In this document: piece by piece, positions 38,702 through 49,267 of the stretch | Layout: the number at the start of each line of letters is the position of its first letter | How positions within the stretch are numbered: the first letter of the stretch is position 1 | Assembly (NCBI GenBank): GCA_014859205.1 | Contig: JACUUR010000003.1 | Coordinates: forward strand, 1 to 49,804 | DNA: 49,804 bases | Direction of reading: 5' to 3' | DNA from: Dehalococcoidia bacterium | Lineage (GTDB): Bacteria > Chloroflexota > Dehalococcoidia > GIF9 > AB-539-J10 | Program-made: the position numbers and the translations under genes | The notes under the pieces: model-generated | Database searches by the model: none | Told to the model about the DNA's origin: nothing | Seen by the model: the letters and a program-made list of their open reading frames with translations, nothing else

Positions 38702-39392
38702 GGTTACTCCTCAGCCTTTCCCAGGCCGCCCTGGCTGCCTGGCTTTCAGCGCCTTTCTTACTCATTGCTGTCCCCCTGCCCAGGGGCTCTCCCTCAACCA
38801 CAATCTCCACGGTAAACTGCTTGCTGTGGTCAGGGCCGGTAGCTTCAACCAGACGGTAGACCGGTGTTGCCCTTTTCTGCCCCTGGATGAACTCCTGCAC
38901 CAGAGCCTTGTAGTTGAGGATGGTCCTCCCCGCCTTTATCCCTACCAGCTCTGGCTTGAGCTGCCTCAGGATGAACTGCCGGGTCCTGGTCAGTCCCTGG
39001 TCCAGGTACAGAGCACCGATGAACGCTTCCAGGGCGTTCGCCAGATTGCTCGCCTTAGTCCTCCCTCCGTTAGCATCCTCGCCCTGGCCTAGCAGAAGCC
39101 AATCGCCAAACCCCAGGGCAGAGGCAAGTTCCGCCAGGGTATCCCGGCAGACCAGAGAGGCACGGATCTCAGTCAGTCTTCCCTCAGCTAGATCCGGAAA
39201 ATCCCTGTACAACCTCTCCGTTACAACGAAGTTAAGAACGGCGTCGCCCAGAAACTCAAGGCGCTCGTTGCTGAGCACCGCCAGGCCGCGGTTTTCGTTC
39301 AGATAGGACGGATGCACGAAAGCTTGCTCCAGCAGGCGTTCGTGGCAGAAGGATACCCCTATCCTTCTCTGGCAGTCATCCCAGTCAACCAT
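38694..39392 (-). CDS. rnc: ribonuclease III
   Basis: NERLEFLGDAVL signature, EAFIGALYLD, C-terminal dsRBD (GPDHSKQF); start at ATG 39392. Confidence 0.97.
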   Translation of the reverse strand: MVDWDDCQRRIGVSFCHERLLEQAFVHPSYLNENRGLAVLSNERLEFLGDAVLNFVVTERLYRDFPDLAEGRLTEIRASLVCRDTLAELASALGFGDWLLLGQGEDANGGRTKASNLANALEAFIGALYLDQGLTRTRQFILRQLKPELVGIKAGRTILNYKALVQEFIQGQKRATPVYRLVEATGPDHSKQFTVEIVVEGEPLGRGTAMSKKGAESQAARAAWERLRSNHG

Positions 39393-39699
39393 GGTCGAGG
39401 TCAAGTATACCAACAACGGCTAGCTGGCTCAACCCATCTCCATCGTACGGATTCCTAGCCCTGCAAGCAGACATCTACCTCCAACTCCTGACATGCGGGC
39501 ACAAGTGGCGAACGCACCTCTTGATCTGGATTGAACAGATCGCGTCAACTTGGAGTGTCGCCGGCAACCCGGTAGTGATGAACGCCTCTTCTTACGAACG
39601 TATCTGCACCTGAATCACAGGTGCTGTTAGGCACCTAACACTTCGCTCCCGTTCTTGGGCGCTCCTTCACTCTGATGTTATAATGGCCACGAACCCCTC

Positions 39700-41901
39700 A
39701 TGGATATTCTAGCCACCCTCAGTCCCCCACAAAGAGAAGCCGTTGAAGCCGTCGAAGGCCCAGTGCTCATTCTGGCCGGACCGGGCAGCGGCAAGACCCG
39801 GGTGATCACCCATCGGGTCGCCTATCTTGTCAAGGTCTGCGGCGTGAGTCCTTACCGCATCATGGCCGTGACCTTCACCAACAAAGCCGCCCGGGAGATG
39901 AGAGAGAGATTGGAGCAGCTTCTTGGACAGGGCGCCGAGTCTCTGACTTTGGGCACCTTCCATGCTATATGCGCGCGGATTCTCCGTCGAGAGGGGAAGG
40001 CCATAGGGCTCGAGTCAAGATTTGCCATCTACGACGAAGATGACCAGTTAAGCTTGGTCAAACAGACCCTAGAGGAACTGAATATCGATCCCAAGCGGTA
40101 TGCTCCCAGGGCCGTACGATCGGCCATAGGAGCCGCCAAGAGCCGGCTCATCGGCCCTGATAGATACGCTCAGATGATAGGCAGCTACTTTGAAGAGATA
40201 GTACACAGGGTCTACCAGCGCTATCAAGATTTGCTGGGCCAGAGTCAGGCGGTGGATTTCGATGACTTGCTGATGAAGACCGTGCAGCTATTCCAGGACC
40301 ATGCTCAGGTCCTGAACCGTTACCAATCACGGTATGTCCACGTCATGGTCGACGAATTCCAGGACACGAACATAGTCCAGTACATGTTGGTGAAGCAGCT
40401 ATCGGGCAAATACCGGAACCTCTGTGTGGTGGGCGATCCCGACCAATCGATCTACTCCTGGAGATTCGCCGATTTGCGCAACATACTGAGCTTCGAGAAG
40501 GACTATCCCGAAGCTAAAGTGGTCTTGCTGGAGCAGAATTACCGCTCCACCAAGACCATCCTGGAGGCAGCCTCAGATGTCATTTCGGCGAACGTGCAGC
40601 GCAAGCAGAAGAAACTGTGGACGGGGAATGAAGACGGAGCCTCGGTAACCGTAATCGAGAACTACAGTGCTGAAGAAGAGGCTCAATCTGTGGTCACCGA
40701 GATCGAGAGGCTCAACATGCTAGAGCAGATACCGCTCAAGGATTGTGCCGTCATGTACAGGGTCAATGCTCAATCACGAGCTCTGGAGGAAGCTCTCCTG
40801 AGATATGGTGTTCCTTACAGACTGGTCGGTGGCACCCGTTTCTACCAGCGGAAAGAGGTCAAGGACATAATCGCCTACCTCAAGCTCATCTACAATCCCC
40901 AGGACAATGTGAGCCTGACACGGATACTGAATGTTCCCAGCAGAGGCATCGGGCCCCGCACACTGGGTCAGCTTCAATCCTGGATAAGGACCCATGACAC
41001 GTCTCTCCTCGAAGCCTTGAGACATATGAGTCGTGATGACCCCGCCGCAAAAGCCAGGGAATCGCTGCCACCGCGCATACTGCAGGCACTGGCCGGATTT
41101 GATGCTCTCTTACAGGGACTCATTGTCCAGGGCAGCAAACTGAGTCCCTCCGGCCTGGTGGACGAGATCCTGCTGCAAACCGGATACCGACAGTATATTC
41201 TGGACAAGGAGGGCGGAGACGAGAAATGGGAGAACATAATGGAGTTGCGCAGTGTTGCCGGGGAATATGACGAACTGGACCCTGATGAGGCTCTGGGCAC
41301 CTTTCTGGAAAAAGTGAGCCTGGTTGCAGACATCGACGAACTGGACGGAACGACCGACGCCGTGACTCTGATCACGCTGCATCAGGCTAAGGGGCTGGAG
41401 TTCCCCGTGGTCTTCATTGTCGGCCTTGAGGAGGGAATCCTGCCCCACAGACGGGCGTTCGAGGACCATGCTGAGATGGAAGAAGAGCGCCGTCTCTGCT
41501 ACGTGGGAATGACGCGAGCCGGGAAGCGTCTCTACCTCCTCCGCAGTTACCGTCGCAGCCTGTTCGGCGGGAGCACTGCCAATCCACCCTCTCGCTTCCT
41601 CGAGGACATATCACCCCATCTGATAGGCCCGGGAGGACGATACGCGGACAGCACGACCCCTCCACCCGAGCCTCGCCTTGTTCGAGAACCCCGGCCGCGA
41701 TTTCACCAAACAGATACCCTGAACCTCAAGGTCGGCGACCACGTCCACCACACCAAATTCGGCTGCGGAATAGTGATGAACTGCAGCCCCACCAGGGACG
41801 ATCAGGAGTTGACCGTAGTCTTCGAAGGGGCGGGGGTTAAGAAACTGCTGGCCAGCCTGGCACCACTGGAGAAGCTCGACAGAGACCCCAACCCTTCCTG
41901 A
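39700..41901 (+). CDS. pcrA: UvrD/PcrA family DNA helicase
   Basis: AGPGSGKT, TFTNKAA, VDEFQD, GDPDQSIY, QNYRS, TLHQAKGLEF, EERRLCYVG, C-terminal Tudor-like domain. Confidence 0.95.
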   Translation: MDILATLSPPQREAVEAVEGPVLILAGPGSGKTRVITHRVAYLVKVCGVSPYRIMAVTFTNKAAREMRERLEQLLGQGAESLTLGTFHAICARILRREGKAIGLESRFAIYDEDDQLSLVKQTLEELNIDPKRYAPRAVRSAIGAAKSRLIGPDRYAQMIGSYFEEIVHRVYQRYQDLLGQSQAVDFDDLLMKTVQLFQDHAQVLNRYQSRYVHVMVDEFQDTNIVQYMLVKQLSGKYRNLCVVGDPDQSIYSWRFADLRNILSFEKDYPEAKVVLLEQNYRSTKTILEAASDVISANVQRKQKKLWTGNEDGASVTVIENYSAEEEAQSVVTEIERLNMLEQIPLKDCAVMYRVNAQSRALEEALLRYGVPYRLVGGTRFYQRKEVKDIIAYLKLIYNPQDNVSLTRILNVPSRGIGPRTLGQLQSWIRTHDTSLLEALRHMSRDDPAAKARESLPPRILQALAGFDALLQGLIVQGSKLSPSGLVDEILLQTGYRQYILDKEGGDEKWENIMELRSVAGEYDELDPDEALGTFLEKVSLVADIDELDGTTDAVTLITLHQAKGLEFPVVFIVGLEEGILPHRRAFEDHAEMEEERRLCYVGMTRAGKRLYLLRSYRRSLFGGSTANPPSRFLEDISPHLIGPGGRYADSTTPPPEPRLVREPRPRFHQTDTLNLKVGDHVHHTKFGCGIVMNCSPTRDDQELTVVFEGAGVKKLLASLAPLEKLDRDPNPS

Positions 41902-41908
41902 GAGGCTG

Positions 41909-41937
41909 TTGACAGGATACACGGAACCGTGTAGAAT
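41909..41937 (+). promoter_or_regulatory. mutL promoter with embedded palindrome
   Basis: TTGACA-17 nt-TAGAAT, 9 nt before ATG; spacer contains TACACGG-AA-CCGTGTA (41918-41933). Confidence 0.75.
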
Positions 41938-41946
41938 GTAGCATAC

Positions 41947-43623
41947 ATGGCTATCAAGATTCTAGCGAGTGAGGTGGCCTCCAAGATTGCCGCCGGCGAG
42001 GTTATCGAGAGGCCGGCGTCGGTGATCAAGGAACTGATTGAGAACTGCCTCGACGCTGCAGCCACCCAGATTGCGGTTGAGGCCCAGGGCGGCGGCGTGG
42101 AGTTGATCAAGGTGAGCGATAATGGGACGGGCATAGCTTCCTCCGAGCTGGAGCTCGCCTTCCACAGGTACGCCACTAGCAAGATAGGCGACCTTGAGGA
42201 CCTGGAGAGAATTTCCAGCCTGGGCTTCCGTGGTGAGGCCCTGCCCAGCATCGCGGCTGTCGCAGACGTCGAAGTCCTCACAAAAACGCCGTCACATCCC
42301 ACCGCTGATTACATATGCCTGAGAAACGGCGAGGTGGTGCGCAGAGAAACCCGGGCCAGAGCTCAGGGCACAACTGTCACAGTCAACCGCCTGTTTCGCC
42401 ACTTCCCGGCACGGCTGAAGTTTCTCAAGTCCACCAGCACAGAGAACGGCCACATCGCCAATCTAGTGAGCCAGTATGCCCTGGCTTTCCCCGAGGTTAG
42501 GTTCAGCTTGACTCTCGATGGGCGCGGGAGCATTGGCTCCCCGGGAGACGGAGACCTGCGTCAGGCGGTAAGCGCTATATATGGGCCGGAGCTAGCCCAG
42601 GTTATGCTCAAGATAGAACACAGGGACGGCCTGGCCAAAGTCAGCGGCCTGATAGGACCGCCTGCCTCAGCGCGCTCCTCTCGCAACTGGCTCAGCTTCT
42701 TCGTTAATCGCAGGTGGGTGCGCAGCGCCTTGCTGATCCGGGCGACCACTGAAGCCTATCGCGGCTTACTACCCGACGGCAAGCACCCTGTCGTTGTGAT
42801 CAATGTGTGGCTGCCGCCCCAGGAACTGGATGTCAATATCCACCCCGCCAAGGCCGAGGTCAAGTTCTGTCACGAACAGGCTGTGTTTGGCGAAGTGAGA
42901 AAAGCGATAGAGCAGGCATTGGCCAGGACACCCATACCTGCCAGCCCCAAGGCGGTGCCCTTCTGGCCCGGCTACGGCCAGTGGCAGAGCCCGCGCATGA
43001 TAATGGACAATGAGCCCGTCTTCGCCGTTGCCCAACTGCCTACCATGGAGTTGCCTGTTCTGCGGATACTGGGGCAGATGGCCGGCACCTATATCATCGC
43101 CGAGGGTCCTGACGGTCTCTATCTCATCGACCAGCACGCCGCCCATGAGCGCATACTCTATGACCGGATACTGGGCCAGCTGTCGCGGAGGGAAGTCGAG
43201 GTCCAGGGACTACTGGAGCCCATAACTATGGAACTCAGCCCAAGAGAGGAAGAGACTCTGAGAAGTATCATGGAATCTCTGGTTGAATTCGGCTTCTCCA
43301 TTGAGCCCTTCGGGAACAGGAGCTATCTGATACGCGCCATCCCGGCTCTCATGGCAGCGGCGGACATCGTCGACACCGTGACCATACTGCTGGACACCCT
43401 TTCCGGCAAGGGCGGGCGTGATAGCTGGGAGGAGAAGATAGCTCAATCCCTGGCCTGTCATGGCTCTATCAGGGCCGGCCAGCAGCTGAGTAGTGAGGAG
43501 ATGAGCGAGTTAGTGAAGCAACTGGAACAGACCGGGCAACCACGTGCCTGTCCCCACGGCAGGTCCACCATGATTCACCTGAGTTCGCATCGACTAGAAA
43601 AGGAGTTCGGTAGGATAGGCTAG
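41947..43623 (+). CDS. mutL: DNA mismatch repair endonuclease MutL
   Basis: IAAGEVIERP, GFRGEAL, DVNIHPAK, DQHAAHER, CPHGR. Confidence 0.98.
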   Translation: MAIKILASEVASKIAAGEVIERPASVIKELIENCLDAAATQIAVEAQGGGVELIKVSDNGTGIASSELELAFHRYATSKIGDLEDLERISSLGFRGEALPSIAAVADVEVLTKTPSHPTADYICLRNGEVVRRETRARAQGTTVTVNRLFRHFPARLKFLKSTSTENGHIANLVSQYALAFPEVRFSLTLDGRGSIGSPGDGDLRQAVSAIYGPELAQVMLKIEHRDGLAKVSGLIGPPASARSSRNWLSFFVNRRWVRSALLIRATTEAYRGLLPDGKHPVVVINVWLPPQELDVNIHPAKAEVKFCHEQAVFGEVRKAIEQALARTPIPASPKAVPFWPGYGQWQSPRMIMDNEPVFAVAQLPTMELPVLRILGQMAGTYIIAEGPDGLYLIDQHAAHERILYDRILGQLSRREVEVQGLLEPITMELSPREEETLRSIMESLVEFGFSIEPFGNRSYLIRAIPALMAAADIVDTVTILLDTLSGKGGRDSWEEKIAQSLACHGSIRAGQQLSSEEMSELVKQLEQTGQPRACPHGRSTMIHLSSHRLEKEFGRIG

Positions 43624-43868
43624 CCCTAACTGCGGCCGTCAGGTAAGCTGGAGTGTCTACAGGCAGGCCTCTGCTCTTGGCTGTAAGTCGACAGGCGTCG
43701 CCATGTATGGATATTCACTGCAGCCGATAATCGTAGTCGCTTCAGGCTGGTCGTTTTGTCGAGGTTTGCCGGGCCGTGCTACAATTGTCTCACCGAGGCA
43801 TTCGTATGTATCGGTGCGGATGTAGCGGCGGAGGACAGCAGATCATAGTCTAGACAGGAGAGATTCCC

Positions 43869-44846
43869 ATGGATCAGTCTCACGCGCAGGATATTGCCGG
43901 CAGAATCATCGACAACATTCAGAAGGTCATCATAGGCAAGGCACAGGCGGTAGAGCTGGCAGTCATTGCACTGCTCAGTCAGGGGCACATCTTGATAGAG
44001 GACGTGCCTGGAGTGGGCAAGACCATGCTGGCCAAGAGCCTGGCGCGGTCGACAGACTGCGTCTTCAGGCGTATACAGCTAACGCCGGACATGCTTCCCA
44101 GCGACATCACGGGCGTGTCGATATTCAACCAACAGAGCCGTGAATTCGAGTTCCGTCCGGGGCCCATCCTGGGACAGATCGTACTGGCGGACGAGATCAA
44201 CCGTGCCACTCCCAAGACCCAGTCCGCCCTTCTGGAGGCGATGGAGGAGCGACAGGTCACGGTGGACGGTACAACGCATAAGATTGCCGCCCCTTTCATG
44301 CTCATGGCAACTGAGAACCCCATCGAGCATGAGGGCATTTTCCCACTGCCGGAGGCACAGCTCGACCGCTTCATGATCCGCATACAACTGGGCTATCCCT
44401 CGTTTGCTGACGAGATGTCCATAATAGATAGTCAGCGCCTGCAGCATCCCATCGACGGCCTCGGTGCCGTGGCCAGCGCAGATGAAGTCAGCGAAGCACA
44501 GTCAGCCATACGGGAGGTCTTCGTTCACGACCAGGTTAAGCGGTACATAGTCTCGCTGGTCCACGCCACACGGGCTCACGACGATGCCGCGTTGGGCGCC
44601 TCACCCCGGGCAGGGCTGGCTTTGTTCCGCTCATGCCAGGCGCTGGCGCTACTGCGGGGGCGAGACTATGTCCTGCCAGACGATGTCAAGGAGTTGGCCG
44701 TGCCGGTGATGGGGCACCGGGTGATCGTCACTCCGTCAGCCCGCATGAAGCGTGTGGAGACACACCGCATCATTGAAGATGTAATCGAGCAGGTAGCGGT
44801 GCCCGGTGGTCGCGCTACGGGCTGGGTTGACACGACCCGCGACTAA
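43869..44846 (+). CDS. MoxR family AAA+ ATPase
   Basis: [54 protein letters not shown]. Confidence 0.95.
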   Translation: MDQSHAQDIAGRIIDNIQKVIIGKAQAVELAVIALLSQGHILIEDVPGVGKTMLAKSLARSTDCVFRRIQLTPDMLPSDITGVSIFNQQSREFEFRPGPILGQIVLADEINRATPKTQSALLEAMEERQVTVDGTTHKIAAPFMLMATENPIEHEGIFPLPEAQLDRFMIRIQLGYPSFADEMSIIDSQRLQHPIDGLGAVASADEVSEAQSAIREVFVHDQVKRYIVSLVHATRAHDDAALGASPRAGLALFRSCQALALLRGRDYVLPDDVKELAVPVMGHRVIVTPSARMKRVETHRIIEDVIEQVAVPGGRATGWVDTTRD

Positions 44847-44959
44847 CAACACAACGACCTGGACAGCCAGAGTCGCCCGGAGGCGGCACGGGGGATTCGC
44901 TCTGCGCCTTACATCTATGAGGGCTGGATACCGCCAGAAAGATCGGCCGCAGATTCTGC

Positions 44960-47533
44960 CTATCTTAACCAGAATCTGCGCGGCAGAAGACCCTGGAAGG
45001 CGCGGACCAGCAACCGGTTGCGCACGCGCGGCCACGCCTCTGTGATACGCGACCTATCGGCACCCGTCACTTTATACCTACCGTAGCAGGCACGGACATA
45101 CGTGTCCACTACCGTTTCCAGTTCTGACGACACATCCGGCAGCGTAGACGCCAGTCTCCGACCATATTCGTAAGGCGTGGAGTTCGCCTGCGGAGGCAGC
45201 CCGCTCAGTACACCAAGGTTGCCAATTCTTGCATAGGCCACACGCGGCTCTGCAACAGGTCCCAGCAGACGTCTCCACAGCAGCCAGACGATCACTACCA
45301 TAAGACCCAAGCCCAGCGACACGCCCAGCGGCCGTGCATACCACGGAGCGGCCACCCCGATAATCTCTCCATCCGCCGGAGGTTTTTCACTGCGTTCACT
45401 GTCACCGGGAGAAGGGCCGATCCCTTCGTCGATATCCCCAGGCGGAGGGGGAGCAGGCCATCCACGGGCAACGAGCGGGTAAGCGGGCGTGGGTTCAAAA
45501 GGTATCCAACCATACCCCGGGAAAAACACCTCGCTCCAGCTGTGGCTGTCTCGCACAATAAACTTCGTCGGCCCGGCCTGCCATTCGTCAGCCGGAAGCG
45601 TTATCGTCTCGTCAGGCGGCAGTGGATCCATAACCTCTCCAGGCCCATATCCCACCGCCATGCGGGCCGGCACTCCGGACACGCGGAGCAGAACGGTCAT
45701 GGCCGAGGCGAAGTACTGGCAATATCCTTTGTCAAGCTCAAACAGGAAGTAATCGACGCCGCACGCGCCGGGGGGCGGTGCCTCAATCTCCAGCGAATAG
45801 TCAAGAGTGCGCAGATAATCGCGAACGGCTACGGCCTTCTCGTACGGGTTATCGATCCCTCCTGTCAGTTCCTGCGCCAGTTCCATGACTCGAGGTGACA
45901 GAGCATCCGGAAGCTGCAGGTACCTGTCCAGGACCCAACCAGCATAGTCGGTACCCGCAGCACGCAAATCACCTGCAGTCGCTGTCGGCACAAGCACAGC
46001 AGCACGATATGAACTGCCTGCCGCCACCGTGTCTGTACTACGCACCGAAACCACGTCCAAGGGGACAGCCATACGCCGCTCGACGGTTACCCCTTCAACT
46101 CCTTCGCTGCCGTAGCTCCAGGAAACCACCCACATGTCCTCAGGCAGCACGGACCTGATCTCAGATTCGGTTAGCGGTCGGGCAGGGGCACCGCTCAGTT
46201 CCTGTAGCAGCAGAACAGACCGCTGCAGGTCCAGCGGGAGATCTCCGAATTCGAGGGATGACCTCAGTCCGCCCTCCGAAACTGACAGCTGATAACGAGC
46301 GGGCTCCAGCACATCCAGTCGGTAGCCAAGTGACATATTCACGGGATGGCCGCTCAAGTACAGAGGTTCTCCCGCTGCCAGGGAAACAAGACCCCTCACA
46401 GTCACCTCTACCGCCTGTAGCTTCCGAAACTCATCTGCTACTCCCTGCTCTGGCACCCAGTCTGCGGACACCAGACGGGTATCGCTGGTTGACCATCCAT
46501 CGCCACTGTAGAAGTCGTAGCTTCTGGCCCGCAGGTACAGTGCTAAGGGCGCTTCAACGATTAGAACAGGCTCTTCTCTCAGTGTTATGCCCCCTCCAAA
46601 GGGCTGAGCGTCGCCGAAGTAGTGTGCCGAGTCCGTCTTCCTCACCTGCACTCCCACCAGAACCCTCGCCAATTCGTCGCCCATGGCTCTCACCGGGTAG
46701 TTGATCCTCTGCCATGCTGCAGCGACGGGGTCAATCCTGACCGCCTGCAGAGGCAGCAAGGAGGTCACCAAAAGGACGGCCAATGCAAACCAGAGCCCAT
46801 CGGGCAGGCGGATCCCTGACTCATCCCGTAGATGCTGTATGCCGCTGTCCCTCCAGCCGTGTTGTCGCTCCAGAGTGAACATGCGCGCAATCAGAAGCAG
46901 GGCCATGAACAGGTACGGATACAGGTGAATCAACTGTTCCCTAGCAGGAAGGGTCGTCAGGCTGGCCACCAGGATGATTCCTCCGGGAAGCACGGCTCCC
47001 CATGTGTTATGCTTACGGAACAGAAACCATGCCGATACGAAGCCCACCAGCCACGAGGTCAACAGGAGAAAGAGGCTAAAGGGCAGCGTGTCGGCGCTGG
47101 TGCCGCCGCCAGCAAAAGCCTGCCACCATGCGACCAGACGGGCACCAACCTCCGCGAACCGGTCGAGGGTGCTCGCCTCTTCGGCCAGACCGGTAAGCCG
47201 ATAGAAGCTAACGAAGAGACCAACAAGCAAGCCGCCAAACGCTAATCGCCATGGTCCAAACCGCAGCTTGGCGAGAATAAGGCCTAGCAGCACACCGTAG
47301 AGTGCCGCACTGTACAATCCCGGTGTCGGTACCCACTGCGCACTGTCCATCGCCCAAACCGCCAGCAATACACAGAGCAGCAAGAGCAGGAACGTCATCC
47401 AGCCCTCGCTAGGGCCCCTCACAACCTGCCACAGCAAAGCCTTAGCACGCTCAGCAGCGCGCTCTGCGCCGGTCTTAACCCGCGTCAGTGCACGATGCGC
47501 GGCCCTGCTCAACGTTCCTATCTCCGTCTTCAT
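44960..47533 (-). CDS. membrane-bound transglutaminase-like protein (TgpA-type, C-terminal DUF4129-like)
   Basis: N-terminal multi-TM region; GYCQYFASAM, HSWSEVFFPGYGWIPFEPTP catalytic motifs; TPYEY tail. Confidence 0.92.
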   Translation of the reverse strand: MKTEIGTLSRAAHRALTRVKTGAERAAERAKALLWQVVRGPSEGWMTFLLLLLCVLLAVWAMDSAQWVPTPGLYSAALYGVLLGLILAKLRFGPWRLAFGGLLVGLFVSFYRLTGLAEEASTLDRFAEVGARLVAWWQAFAGGGTSADTLPFSLFLLLTSWLVGFVSAWFLFRKHNTWGAVLPGGIILVASLTTLPAREQLIHLYPYLFMALLLIARMFTLERQHGWRDSGIQHLRDESGIRLPDGLWFALAVLLVTSLLPLQAVRIDPVAAAWQRINYPVRAMGDELARVLVGVQVRKTDSAHYFGDAQPFGGGITLREEPVLIVEAPLALYLRARSYDFYSGDGWSTSDTRLVSADWVPEQGVADEFRKLQAVEVTVRGLVSLAAGEPLYLSGHPVNMSLGYRLDVLEPARYQLSVSEGGLRSSLEFGDLPLDLQRSVLLLQELSGAPARPLTESEIRSVLPEDMWVVSWSYGSEGVEGVTVERRMAVPLDVVSVRSTDTVAAGSSYRAAVLVPTATAGDLRAAGTDYAGWVLDRYLQLPDALSPRVMELAQELTGGIDNPYEKAVAVRDYLRTLDYSLEIEAPPPGACGVDYFLFELDKGYCQYFASAMTVLLRVSGVPARMAVGYGPGEVMDPLPPDETITLPADEWQAGPTKFIVRDSHSWSEVFFPGYGWIPFEPTPAYPLVARGWPAPPPPGDIDEGIGPSPGDSERSEKPPADGEIIGVAAPWYARPLGVSLGLGLMVVIVWLLWRRLLGPVAEPRVAYARIGNLGVLSGLPPQANSTPYEYGRRLASTLPDVSSELETVVDTYVRACYGRYKVTGADRSRITEAWPRVRNRLLVRAFQGLLPRRFWLR

Positions 47534-47545
47534 CTTTCCACTCTA

Positions 47546-48841
47546 CTATGTGCCAGCAGTCGACATCAGTTCGCGCACTCCCGGTTGCTCAGAGAGGGGC
47601 AGCTCATGCGCACGCACAGGGTGGGACAGCGCCAGGGGAAGCAAGTCTCCTTTGCGGATCACATAGGCCGGAATCCCTGCGCTTACAAGCTCCGTCACCA
47701 CCTGAGAACGGGACCGGTCTCCTCCGAAGCTGGCGGGATCGACCAGCACCACTACGATGTTGAGGCCGCGGAAGGCCAGGTTTAGCAGTAGGGACACCCA
47801 CTCGGTGTCGGTGGAAGAGGTTACCACAAGTACCGAAGCGAACCTGCCGAATCTGGTCGCGTTCAGCGAAAGGACGTCGCTCAAGGAAACGTCGCCCTCG
47901 GTCCGGGAGCGGGCCAGTGTCTCCGACACTCTGGACATCTGCTGTGTGCCGCTCCCCAGGGGCAGAATGTAATCTTGATCGCCGTAGGCAATCAGCCCGG
48001 TCGAACGCTCCTCGGCAAGAGCAAGGTTTGCCAGCGATGCAGCGGCGGCAACAGCATACTCATCCGTCTTCTCCATGCCAGCGCTCTCCTGAACCTCCTG
48101 CTCCAGGTCCAGAACAATCCACACCTCGCCGTATCCCCCTGAGTCGAACTCCTTGGACATAAGTTGACCACGCCTGGCGGTGGACGGCCAGTGAATGCGA
48201 TTCAAGCTATCCCCGGGGCTGTACTCGCGAACAGTACCCGCATGAGAACTGCGAGTCTCGGGGCGATGGACCACCCTTTCATTGCCAGAGAGGCCGGCCA
48301 CCGGAAGGCCGAAATAGGGCAACTCCACAATAGGCGGGTAGACCACTGCCTTGATGACATCACCCTCTGTTTTCTGTGCGTGGAATAGTCCCAGAGGGTC
48401 GCTGCCACGTGCCACCAGCGGCCCGATGGTATAGACGCCCCGGGCGCAGCAAAATCTCTCCGCCTTCCACGCTTCCCAGCCGCGGGGAGGCAATTCGGCA
48501 GCTCCTCCACGCACATCGCCAGGCATATCGCTGACCTGCACGATTTCGATCCAGCCGGAAGGCAAGGGAGATTCATTGCATACATAGATGGACCCCTCAA
48601 GCGTGTCACCCACCTGCGCCACCGTCGCTTGCTCTTCCACCCACATACGCAGGCGGGACAGATTGACGCGGGTCCAAGCATAACCCACCACCAAGACCAG
48701 AGCCAGGAAATAGCTCAGACGATACAGGACACTATCCCCGCTGGCCAGAGCAAGTAGAAGCACGAAGGCAAGCAGCACTATCATACCCCTACCGCGTGGC
48801 GTGGTCTGGGCGTACAGGCGAGACAACCTTGCCTTGATCAT
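47546..48841 (-). CDS. DUF58 domain-containing membrane protein
   Basis: Two N-terminal TMs; RGVYTIGP...DPLGLF, VREYSPGDSLNRIHWPSTAR, LMSKEF; start at ATG 48841. Confidence 0.92.
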   Translation of the reverse strand: MIKARLSRLYAQTTPRGRGMIVLLAFVLLLALASGDSVLYRLSYFLALVLVVGYAWTRVNLSRLRMWVEEQATVAQVGDTLEGSIYVCNESPLPSGWIEIVQVSDMPGDVRGGAAELPPRGWEAWKAERFCCARGVYTIGPLVARGSDPLGLFHAQKTEGDVIKAVVYPPIVELPYFGLPVAGLSGNERVVHRPETRSSHAGTVREYSPGDSLNRIHWPSTARRGQLMSKEFDSGGYGEVWIVLDLEQEVQESAGMEKTDEYAVAAAASLANLALAEERSTGLIAYGDQDYILPLGSGTQQMSRVSETLARSRTEGDVSLSDVLSLNATRFGRFASVLVVTSSTDTEWVSLLLNLAFRGLNIVVVLVDPASFGGDRSRSQVVTELVSAGIPAYVIRKGDLLPLALSHPVRAHELPLSEQPGVRELMSTAGT

Positions 48842-49267
48842 GTGTCTACACCCGTATACTGAGCCTCTAAGTCCGAGCGATCTCCGACCAGGGCGCCAAA
48901 GCGTACTCTTTGTAGTATAACGCACGACATCGCAAAAGGTTGCATTAGCCCAACTCGCCTGGCATAGAGAACCTTGCCCGCTATATAGATCGCAGTCAGC
49001 CACTCACATTGTAGCCTCTGCCCTTACGGGAGGCAAACGACGTCAGCGGCTTCATTGAAAGGTCGAATCAGTGTAGGCCGTCTGTTCCCAACTTAACCCC
49101 GCCGGATAGTGTGAGGCCTTGCGTATGCAATGCACGTGTCGGTCCTCGCAGCAGGTACTGGGGATTATGTCAATCGGTGTATCTGCCCTGTTGCCAACCC
49201 ATGCGTAGCAGGACTAGAATACTCACGGACGCAGACATGGGAGCAGGTGGCAGTCTCTGATCAACAA

